Shown here one piece after another: positions 56,830 to 64,000 of a DNA stretch of 64,000 nucleotides. A program made the translations under genes and the position numbers. Origin of the DNA: a virus; the IMG/VR virus record IMGVR_UViG_3300009126_000404, positions 96,001 through 160,000 of that record, one strand, 5' to 3'. How positions within the stretch are numbered: position 1 is the stretch's first letter; every line of letters begins with the position of its first letter. Below the pieces are notes generated by a model that worked only from the letters and a program-made list of their open reading frames with translations, ran no database searches and was not told where the DNA came from.

Positions 56830-57030
56830 TTATAAAATTCCGGTAGTTTTTATATGATTTAATGGTAATGCTTTTCCGTCTTTATCCACAACCAGTACTC
56901 CATCTATGGTTCCACTCATATATTGCTTACCATTTGATGAAACATACATACAAGGTTTTAACTCTATTCCATTAATAGTACGTTTATAGTTGTGTGGTCT
57001 CGGTGTTTTTGATGGTGCTTTGTATCCCAT
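56830..57030 (-). CDS. hypothetical protein
   Basis: 66-aa ORF with AAGGA SD. Confidence 0.65.
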   Translation of the reverse strand: MGYKAPSKTPRPHNYKRTINGIELKPCMYVSSNGKQYMSGTIDGVLVVDKDGKALPLNHIKTTGIL

Positions 57031-57061
57031 AGATATCCTTTTGATATCTATTTACCATCTT

Positions 57062-57385
57062 TTAGATTTGAACCGGGTCTTTTGCAGTTACAAGGAACAT
57101 TTTGAGCATAATTCCATTAACATTTTCATGCGTCAGATACCCGTCTACGCAATCGCCTTCTTTTGTAATACCAGGCAGTTCTACCATTTTTTCGTCTTCA
57201 GTAGCATAATCTTGGAATACGCCAACCTCATATAGTCCTGATTTACCACCGTATGACATTTCATTACAGATAATGCTTAGTTGATATTTGCCAAAATCAA
57301 GAATTGCTTGTTTGCCTTTATGACCTCGGCCTTGGTCTTTCATTTTTACATCTTTAAAACGCATAATTGGACTCTCAAATTCCAT
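57062..57385 (-). CDS. hypothetical protein
   Basis: SYGGKSGLYEVGV motif. Confidence 0.7.
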   Translation of the reverse strand: MEFESPIMRFKDVKMKDQGRGHKGKQAILDFGKYQLSIICNEMSYGGKSGLYEVGVFQDYATEDEKMVELPGITKEGDCVDGYLTHENVNGIMLKMFLVTAKDPVQI

Positions 57386-57574
57386 TTACTTTAGTGGTAG
57401 TTCCATTTGACTTTCTAATACAATTAGTTGTTTTTCAAGTTCTTCTATATAATTTTCTAATGTATCTATAGTAGTATAGAGGTGTCCAGTGTCATGTTCT
57501 TGAATACGACTACGAAACACCTCTGCTAATTCTCGGCACATGTCTATTGTATGTGTTATTTCACTAAACTTCAT
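57386..57574 (-). CDS. hypothetical protein
   Basis: Coupled ORF. Confidence 0.65.
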   Translation of the reverse strand: MKFSEITHTIDMCRELAEVFRSRIQEHDTGHLYTTIDTLENYIEELEKQLIVLESQMELPLK

Positions 57575-57801
57575 TTAAAAAATTTCTCAAACTCTTCTGT
57601 TGCTTTTTGTTTTGCCTTGCTTTGTGCTTTAACTTGTTCTTCGGTATACATAGGTGTTTTGACCGTATTTACATAGTCAATTTCTTCAAGAATCTCAATA
57701 CGTTCCTTAACTTTTTTAAGTGCCATACGGATTTCTTGGCTGTTTTCTTCTTTATTCATTTCTTCTTTAATAATTTCCACAATTTGCCTACTACTAATCA
57801 T
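57571..57801 (-). CDS. hypothetical protein
   Basis: First gene after sigma70 promoters in 57802-57970. Confidence 0.65.
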   Translation of the reverse strand: MISSRQIVEIIKEEMNKEENSQEIRMALKKVKERIEILEEIDYVNTVKTPMYTEEQVKAQSKAKQKATEEFEKFFK

Positions 57802-57939
57802 ATCCGTTCTTCCTGTTAGTGTTACTACTATAACACGATAGTTGTATTTCTGTCAACTATTTTATCTATTATTATATTGTTTAGTCAATACAACAAATAG
57901 TAATCTACTTTGTTAACGAAATCCAATAACAATGTGTAC

Positions 57940-57968
57940 ATTATACAACAAACACACATTAAAGTCAA
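57940..57968 (-). promoter_or_regulatory. sigma70-type promoter (second promoter at 57827-57856)
   Basis: TTGACT-17-TATAAT. Confidence 0.65.
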
Positions 57969-57987
57969 TACTTTAATTAAATTTATC

Positions 57988-58064
57988 TGGCGGGCCTGAA
58001 GAGATTCGAACTCCTGACCTCCTGTTCCGTAGACAGGCGCTCTATCCAACTGAGCTACAGGCCC
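57988..58064 (-). tRNA. tRNA-Arg(ACG), CCA encoded
   Basis: GGGCCTG/CAGGCCC acceptor; CCTGT-CT-ACG-GA-ACAGG anticodon arm; TTCGAAT T-loop. Confidence 0.95.
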
Positions 58065-58102
58065 ATTTATATATTAGCAGATAGTAGTGATATGTCAACC
58101 AC

Positions 58103-58132
58103 AAAAAAAGGCCAGCATAAAGCTGACCCTTT
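58103..58132 (-). terminator. intrinsic terminator
   Basis: GC-rich hairpin followed by U-run after the OMP gene. Confidence 0.65.
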
Positions 58133-58156
58133 AATTTTTGATCTAAATTAAATCAA

Positions 58157-58744
58157 TTAAAATTGAACTGTTATTCCAAATCCTAATTCTGTATCAGTTG
58201 ATTCCCAATCATTGTTTAATGATTTAGTTAATTTTGCTGATAATGAAGTAGATTCAGTTAACGCCAATGATGTACCAATATTAATATGTGGTGCATCTTT
58301 GCTTATATCAAAATAATCTCCTTCTGTAGATTTTAGTCTATAGCCAACTTCAGCATAAGGTTTTATAAGACCTAAGTCAATATTTGCACCTGCTGAAGGT
58401 GTCCAATGAATCTCAGATTTAGCAAATGTATCACCCCAATTATACTCAACTTCACCGTCTACATATCCTGTAATACGACCTACTGGTATATCAAGAGTTT
58501 TACCGGCCGCAAGTCTATAATCACGGTTAGTGCCGTTATCAGTTAGTCCTGCTCCAATATCCAACACTTTGCCTATTGAATATACATCTAATGATCTAGA
58601 TGTATCGTTTGTTGATAATTCATACCCAATATGAGTACTCTCAACAGCAGTTGAGATAGAAGTATTATCAAAATTTGCGGCGTTGGCCACACTAGCTAGA
58701 GCGACAGCAAATGCCGCCGAAATGATAGTCTTTAGCTTTTTCAT
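58157..58744 (-). CDS. outer-membrane beta-barrel protein (start revised to 58744)
   Basis: Signal peptide MKKLKTIISAAFAVALASVANA; alternating strands; C-terminal ...GITVQF. Confidence 0.75.
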   Translation of the reverse strand: MKKLKTIISAAFAVALASVANAANFDNTSISTAVESTHIGYELSTNDTSRSLDVYSIGKVLDIGAGLTDNGTNRDYRLAAGKTLDIPVGRITGYVDGEVEYNWGDTFAKSEIHWTPSAGANIDLGLIKPYAEVGYRLKSTEGDYFDISKDAPHINIGTSLALTESTSLSAKLTKSLNNDWESTDTELGFGITVQF

Positions 58745-58818
58745 ATATTTTTCCTTTTTTTGAAATATCAAGTGTGTGTTTTGTGTGTGATTATATTGCT
58801 ACGTGCTTTATAATATAG

Positions 58819-59178
58819 TAAGTTGATTCTGTTGCCAGGCTCAACTTACAAAACCCCTACATACCTAAATTAGGCTGCCATTGCCATTTCTGGCTCATAA
58901 TTGTTATTTGCAATTATAAATTTCTTCGCGGTAACGGCGCTTAGATCCCGACAACTCCACTAAACCTATTAAATACCAGTCGAACCTATTTCAGCCCCAT
59001 CAAAAACACTTTACAAGCAGTGACTTTACTTATCCTGTCTATTACTACGGCGTTTCGCCATTTGTACATTGTAGTAACTCTGTCCTTTATGTGTTGTCTC
59101 ATCTATAAAGTGTTTTTGGTGGAGCTGCTCGGTACCGCCCCGAGGTCCTGAATATCGTTGAGTTCGTTTCAACATTGC
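58819..59178 (-). ncRNA. ssrA: circularly permuted two-piece tmRNA, alphaproteobacterial type; tag ANNNYEPEMAMAA
   Basis: Acceptor piece ends CTCGG-GGCGGTA-CCGAG-CAGCTCC-A-CCA at 59117; coding piece starts GGGGCTG at 58998; G3.U70 pair; GGCAACAGAA near coding-piece end; outer ends approximate. Confidence 0.92.
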
Positions 59179-59202
59179 TCTTTTATTTATGATAACACAA
59201 AA

Positions 59203-59619
59203 CTAGTGTATGTCAACCGGTTTAGCGTTTATTTGTGCAGGTTCTAGGGTTTTTTTCTGGTAATCAGCTATTGCGGCCTTAATTGAGTCTTCCGCAAGTA
59301 CACTACAATGAATTTTAACTGGTGGTAAAGCAAGTTGCTCTACAATATCTGTATTCTTAATCTTTTTTGCTTCATCTAGTGTTTTACCTATGAGAACGGT
59401 AGTAACCATACTAGATGCCGCTATTGCTGAGCCACAACCGTATGTTTTAAACTTTACATCTTCAATTATATCATCTTTAACTTTAATTTGTAGTTTCATA
59501 ACGTCACCACAAGATGGTGCACCAACCATTCCGGTTCCTACATCTACATCTTTAATGTCCATTTTACCTACATTTCGTGGGTTTTCGTAATGGTCTAAAA
59601 CTTTCTTTGAATATGCCAT
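59203..59619 (-). CDS. iscU: Fe-S scaffold IscU
   Basis: GAPSCGDVMKLQI, GCGSAIAASS, LPPVKIHCSVLAED. Confidence 0.95.
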   Translation of the reverse strand: MAYSKKVLDHYENPRNVGKMDIKDVDVGTGMVGAPSCGDVMKLQIKVKDDIIEDVKFKTYGCGSAIAASSMVTTVLIGKTLDEAKKIKNTDIVEQLALPPVKIHCSVLAEDSIKAAIADYQKKTLEPAQINAKPVDIH

Positions 59620-59651
59620 ATTTTCTCCTATCCTATACGAATAGTATTTAT

Positions 59652-60185
59652 CTAGATTGATGCAAAGACGTTGTCGGGTGTAGTTACAATATATGGATCT
59701 GGGTCTTTTTCTGAACTATCTGGCTCTACAAACATTTTTTCAATTACGCCATTGTTTACAATCATTGCATAACGTCTACTACGCATATTAAAACCTACAA
59801 CTGACATGTCAATTAACATACCCATTTCTTTAGTAAATTCACCATTTCCATCTGGGATTACTTTAACATTCTTAAGTTTATTGGCATCACGCCATGTATT
59901 CATAACAAATGAGTCATTTACACTAATACAATATATGTCATTTATTCCATTAGCATAAAAATTTGGTGCTTTTGCTTCAAATCCTGGTAACTGATAAGTA
60001 GAACAAGTAGGTGTAAACGCCCCTGGTAAACTAAACACTACAACTTTTTTATTTAAAAAAATTTCATCTGTTGTAAGATCTGCCCATGTTGATGGCAACA
60101 TCTCACATGAATTAGGTTCAGCTGAATTACTTGGAACTCTAACTTTGAATGTAACTGATGGAACAGTACTATTTTCTTTTGTCAT
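59652..60185 (-). CDS. peroxiredoxin (Prx5-like)
   Basis: FSLPGAFTPTCS, SVNDSFVM, RSRRYAM; TTGACA-17-TATAAT promoter at 60214-60242. Confidence 0.92.
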   Translation of the reverse strand: MTKENSTVPSVTFKVRVPSNSAEPNSCEMLPSTWADLTTDEIFLNKKVVVFSLPGAFTPTCSTYQLPGFEAKAPNFYANGINDIYCISVNDSFVMNTWRDANKLKNVKVIPDGNGEFTKEMGMLIDMSVVGFNMRSRRYAMIVNNGVIEKMFVEPDSSEKDPDPYIVTTPDNVFASI

Positions 60186-60266
60186 TACTATATCCTTTCT
60201 ATTAATTATGTATATTATATGCTAAATCATCACGTTTGTCAAGTATTTTGAATAAATAGTTATATT

Positions 60267-60587
60267 ATGCTAGAACAACAAACACTCCAATTTCAACAAT
60301 TTATAGAACCATTAATAGGTTTAGGTATTACTGCGGTAGTAGTATTGTGGCTTAAAGAAGCTGTAGGTGACATTGTAGCCAGTATACGTTGGAAAATGAA
60401 ACCAGGTTTTGAACCAGGTGACGAAGTATATTTAGACAGTGAAAGAGCAACAATTATTAGTATAGGATGGAGAGAGACCATATTTGAGATAGATAATGGT
60501 AGAGGTAAAGTATGGAGATACATTTACAATAAACGAATGCCTATACATAAACTAGAGAAAGTAATTGTTGATAAAAAGACAAAATAA
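60267..60587 (+). CDS. small MscS-beta-domain-like membrane protein
   Basis: One TM followed by FEPGDEVYLD...IISIGWRET. Confidence 0.55.
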   Translation: MLEQQTLQFQQFIEPLIGLGITAVVVLWLKEAVGDIVASIRWKMKPGFEPGDEVYLDSERATIISIGWRETIFEIDNGRGKVWRYIYNKRMPIHKLEKVIVDKKTK

Positions 60588-60595
60588 ACTAGTAT

Positions 60596-61993
60596 ATGAA
60601 AAAATACAATACAAAAGAACTACAACAAAAAGATTGGAATCACAATATTCATCCTTTTACGGATTTTTCCAATCGTAACCCTGCATTAATAGTATCATCG
60701 TCAGATGGTAATTATGTATATGACAGTGATGGCAATAAGTATTTAGACGGTGCGGCTGGACTGTGGTGTGTAAACATTGGCTATAATCATCCTGTAATGA
60801 AAAAAGCAATTGCTGATCAGCTTGATGAAATACCTTATTATTCAACATTTGGATCAACAGTTTGTCCACCATCTATAGAACTTGCCGCAAAACTTGCAGA
60901 ACTAGCACCTGGGGATTTAAATCATACATTTTTTGGCACAGGTGGATCAATGGCAAATGATACAGCAATACGTATTATACATTTTTACTTTAATAAACTT
61001 GGTAAGCCAACTAAGAAAAAGATTATCTCACGTGTAGATGGATATCATGGCAGTACATATATGGCTATGACATTAACAGGCGTAAAATTTGACCATATTG
61101 GGTTTGATCTTGCTCCTGATTTAGTACATTATATATCATGCCCTAACAGTTATAGAAGAATTGAAGGTAACAATCCAACTAATGTTCGGTTAGTAACATT
61201 TTGTAATGAATTAGTAGAAGAATTTGAGAACAAAATACTTGAACTAGGACCTGATAATGTTGCGGCATTTATAGCTGAACCTATCATGGGTGCAGGTGGT
61301 GTTATTGTTCCTCCACCGGGCTATCATAGAAGAATGAAAGAAGTATGTGAGAAATACGATATTCTTTATATTGCAGATGAAGTAGTAACTGCATTTGGTA
61401 GACTTGGACATTGGTTTGCATCTGAATCAGTATTTGGTATGGTGCCTGATATTATTACATGTGCTAAAGGAATATCATCAGCATACATTCCACTATCAGC
61501 AACTATATTGTCAGATAAAATTTACGATGTAATTAGTGATGGACCACAAGAAGATGGAGCATTATTTACTCATGGATTTACATATGCAGGACACCCTGTT
61601 GCGTGTGCGGCTGGACTTGCTAACATTAAAATAATGGAAGACGAAAAAATACTAGAACATGTACGTGAAGTTGGCCCATACTTTGAAGAACAACTAAAAC
61701 AAATGAGTAAACACTCTATAGTTGGTAATGTGCGTGGTAGTCATTATATGTTATGTATGGAACTAGTTAAAACAAAAGAAACTAAAGAATCATTTGATAG
61801 TAGTATTAAAGTTTGTGATAGGGTTGCTAAACACGCCCAAAGTCATGGCTTAATGATTAGATCAGTTGGAAATCATCTTGTTTTATCACCACCATTAACA
61901 CTTACTAAAGAAAATATAGATGAAATAATAACAACATTAGATGCAAGTTTTAGTGCTACTGAAAAAGAATTAATAGACGAGAGAATAAGATGA
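60596..61993 (+). CDS. class-III PLP aminotransferase (omega-amine/polyamine type)
   Basis: DGAAGLWC, GYHG, AEPIMGAGG, ADEVVTAFGR, AKGISS, HGFTYAGHP. Confidence 0.92.
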   Translation: MKKYNTKELQQKDWNHNIHPFTDFSNRNPALIVSSSDGNYVYDSDGNKYLDGAAGLWCVNIGYNHPVMKKAIADQLDEIPYYSTFGSTVCPPSIELAAKLAELAPGDLNHTFFGTGGSMANDTAIRIIHFYFNKLGKPTKKKIISRVDGYHGSTYMAMTLTGVKFDHIGFDLAPDLVHYISCPNSYRRIEGNNPTNVRLVTFCNELVEEFENKILELGPDNVAAFIAEPIMGAGGVIVPPPGYHRRMKEVCEKYDILYIADEVVTAFGRLGHWFASESVFGMVPDIITCAKGISSAYIPLSATILSDKIYDVISDGPQEDGALFTHGFTYAGHPVACAAGLANIKIMEDEKILEHVREVGPYFEEQLKQMSKHSIVGNVRGSHYMLCMELVKTKETKESFDSSIKVCDRVAKHAQSHGLMIRSVGNHLVLSPPLTLTKENIDEIITTLDASFSATEKELIDERIR

Positions 61994-63021
61994 CTACAAA
62001 TATACAAGAATTAACTATCCCAGATTATGAACGAGTAATCCATGCTACAAACAGTGACACTGGATTAGATTGTTTAATAGCAATTCATTCTACAAAACTA
62101 GGACCAGCTATAGGTGGTTCACGATTTTGGCAATACGAAAAAACACATGATGCTATAGAAGATGTATTAAAACTATCAAAAGGCATGACATATAAAAATA
62201 GTCTTGCTGGATTAAACGCCGGAGGAGGCAAAGCGGTTATCAATTTGCGTAATGCAGAAAAAACTCCTGCTCTATTAAGAAGTTTAGGAGAAGTTGTAGA
62301 TGCATGTAACGGTAGATATCTTACAGCAGAAGATGTAGGAAGTTCTCCAGCTGATATGCAAATAATCAATGAAATGACTAAACATGTTTTATTAACAGAC
62401 AGAGATCCAAGCCCTGCAACTGCATTCGGAGTAATAAGGGGAATGGAAGCTTCAGTTAATTTCCTAAGACAAGAAATGGCTCCTGGGCAAAGTTTAAAAG
62501 ATTTACATATTTCTATTCAAGGACTAGGCCATGTAGGAATGTCACTGGCCAGAATGTTACATGATAAAGGTGCAATACTAACAGTTACAGATATAAATAA
62601 AGACAAATGTTTGGAAGTAAAAGAAAAGTATGACGCTTCAATTGTAGAACCCGATGATATATATGATGTTGAGTGTGATATTTTTGCTCCGTGTGCATTA
62701 GGTGGGTCAGTTAATAAGGAAACTGTTGAAAGATTACGATGTAAAATCTTGTGTGGTGCCGCTAATAATCAATTATGTGTTTCAATGGTTGGTTATGCAT
62801 TAAAAGATAAAGGAATTATAAATGTTCCAGATTTTCTTGTTAATGCAGGTGGAGTAATTGACGCATATAAAGACTTTAGTCGTCTACCTTCAGATTTTCA
62901 TGTAGCAAATATGATTGATGGAATCTATGATAGAGCTTTAATATGTTTAAAAATTGCAGCAGACAGCGATGTTCCAACAAATTTAATAGCCGAGCAAATG
63001 GCTGAAAAACGATTAAAATAA
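61990..63021 (+). CDS. Leu/Val/Phe dehydrogenase family
   Basis: GPAIGGSR, GMTYKN, GGGKAVI, TAEDVG, QGLGHVG, GAANNQ. Confidence 0.92.
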   Translation: MTTNIQELTIPDYERVIHATNSDTGLDCLIAIHSTKLGPAIGGSRFWQYEKTHDAIEDVLKLSKGMTYKNSLAGLNAGGGKAVINLRNAEKTPALLRSLGEVVDACNGRYLTAEDVGSSPADMQIINEMTKHVLLTDRDPSPATAFGVIRGMEASVNFLRQEMAPGQSLKDLHISIQGLGHVGMSLARMLHDKGAILTVTDINKDKCLEVKEKYDASIVEPDDIYDVECDIFAPCALGGSVNKETVERLRCKILCGAANNQLCVSMVGYALKDKGIINVPDFLVNAGGVIDAYKDFSRLPSDFHVANMIDGIYDRALICLKIAADSDVPTNLIAEQMAEKRLK

Positions 63022-63050
63022 ACGAACACAAATTAACTAAATACATTATA

Positions 63051-63833
63051 ATGAAATACAATATAAATTGGCAATTAGCAGAACTATGTGGAAATATTTC
63101 TAAAATAGTATATAACGATCTTAATACAGTAACTGAATACTTAAAAACTAATAAAATTAAATATTCAAGTATAAAGATGTTTGATAATGATAATGCCGAA
63201 GGCTATGGAATAGTAATGCATGATTATATTATTTTAGCATTTAGAGGAACTGGTGCTAAAGATGATGGTGAATTTTCTATATCCGCGGCTTTTAAAGATT
63301 TTCTTGCTGATATTAAAGCATGGCCATCTGAAAGTGAAACACAAGGTAATGTTCATTCTGGATTTAAAACAGAATTAGATAAACTATGGCCGCAAGTTAC
63401 TAAATGGTTAGGAAAAAAATACAAAACTAAAAAAGTTGTAATAACTGGACACAGTTTAGGTGCCGCAATGGCAACTATATGTGCTAGTAGATTACATGAA
63501 CTTGATGCAGACTTAGTTTTATATACATTTGGATCTCCAAGAGTTGGAGATGGTTATTGGGCTAAACAATTTGATGATATTGAGGCTTATCGTATTGTAA
63601 ATAACAATGACCTTATTTGTAGAGTACCACCATTTGGATATTATACACATATTGGGCAACTTCATTATATAACATATGATCTTAAAATTAAAACAAATAT
63701 GACACCGTGGCAACGGTTTATTGATAGAGTTAGAGGTACATTAAAGGCATTTAGTAAGTTTCAAATGTTTGATGCTATATATGACCATCCTGGAAATCAG
63801 TATGTTAAGAAAATTAAGAAAGCTCGTAAATAA
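63051..63833 (+). CDS. class-3 lipase
   Basis: AFRGT, VHSGF, TGHSLGAA, FGSPRVG, NNNDLI. Confidence 0.9.
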   Translation: MKYNINWQLAELCGNISKIVYNDLNTVTEYLKTNKIKYSSIKMFDNDNAEGYGIVMHDYIILAFRGTGAKDDGEFSISAAFKDFLADIKAWPSESETQGNVHSGFKTELDKLWPQVTKWLGKKYKTKKVVITGHSLGAAMATICASRLHELDADLVLYTFGSPRVGDGYWAKQFDDIEAYRIVNNNDLICRVPPFGYYTHIGQLHYITYDLKIKTNMTPWQRFIDRVRGTLKAFSKFQMFDAIYDHPGNQYVKKIKKARK

Positions 63834-63999
63834 TTTGTGTGTGGTCATTTCCACGCACCCATGTACCCTCTAAACTTTTAATAACACATTTCCCTTTAAA
63901 TTTTTTAACAGTTAATTCTAACTGCTCGTCACTACCAACTAAATCAGCTTTTAGTATATCATAACAAGGCACTTTGTTCTTATCTAATGCAAGTATAAT
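63814..63999 (-). CDS. C-terminal part of hypothetical protein (truncated by window edge)
   Basis: Open frame from window end to TAA at 63814. Confidence 0.4.
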   Translation of the reverse strand: MILALDKNKVPCYDILKADLVGSDEQLELTVKKFKGKCVIKSLEGTWVRGNDHTQIIYELS

Positions 64000-64000
64000 C

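Noticed and set aside
57802-57987. Small RNA or ORF between tRNA-Arg and the next gene
   Set aside because: Explained by tandem sigma70 promoters; no strong structure or SD-led ORF seen
58986-59102. 38-codon ORF across the tmRNA spacer (MRQHIKDRV...)
   Set aside because: No SD, runs into the tmRNA 5' end, and its length is compatible with chance
1-64000. Alternative genetic code
   Set aside because: Long conserved proteins are intact under the standard bacterial code, and TAA, TAG and TGA all occur as stops at coupled gene ends

Overview
This window is part of an AT-rich, very gene-dense large tailed-phage genome, with no host core-gene order. About 90% of real genes lie on the minus strand, with two plus-strand islands (5.5-7.3 kb and 60.3-63.8 kb). 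It encodes a family-B DNA polymerase, a DNA methyltransferase, structural and tail-fibre-like proteins, lysis genes (M15 peptidase, two-component spanins, holin candidates), and tRNA-Gly(TCC) and tRNA-Arg(ACG). Host-like metabolic genes include IscA, IscU, NfuA-like, two ferredoxins, an FTR1 iron permease, peroxiredoxin, APRT, MazG, PepA, ClpA, DnaJ, a class-III aminotransferase, a Leu/Val dehydrogenase, a lipase and three radical SAM enzymes. A circularly permuted two-piece tmRNA of alphaproteobacterial type points to a probably marine alphaproteobacterial host. The most striking unexplained structure is a 20-kb block (21-41 kb) of about 12 ORFs sharing a short N-terminal M-[RKL]-[IL]-x-[DE]-[ILV]...E leader and internal (I/L/V)xE junctions. 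These resemble T4 capsid-targeting and prohead-protease signals and are attached to enzymes (CCA-adding enzyme, HAD nucleotidase, HExxH peptidase, nucleotidyltransferase, nuclease-like domains), suggesting a virion-packaged enzyme toolkit. Other candidates are a ~200-nt structured RNA leader, leaderless late mRNAs (ATAAATA-N5-ATG, five cases), a chain of coupled membrane micropeptides, and an ATT-start radical SAM gene. All family assignments come from motifs recognised by eye; no database search was run.
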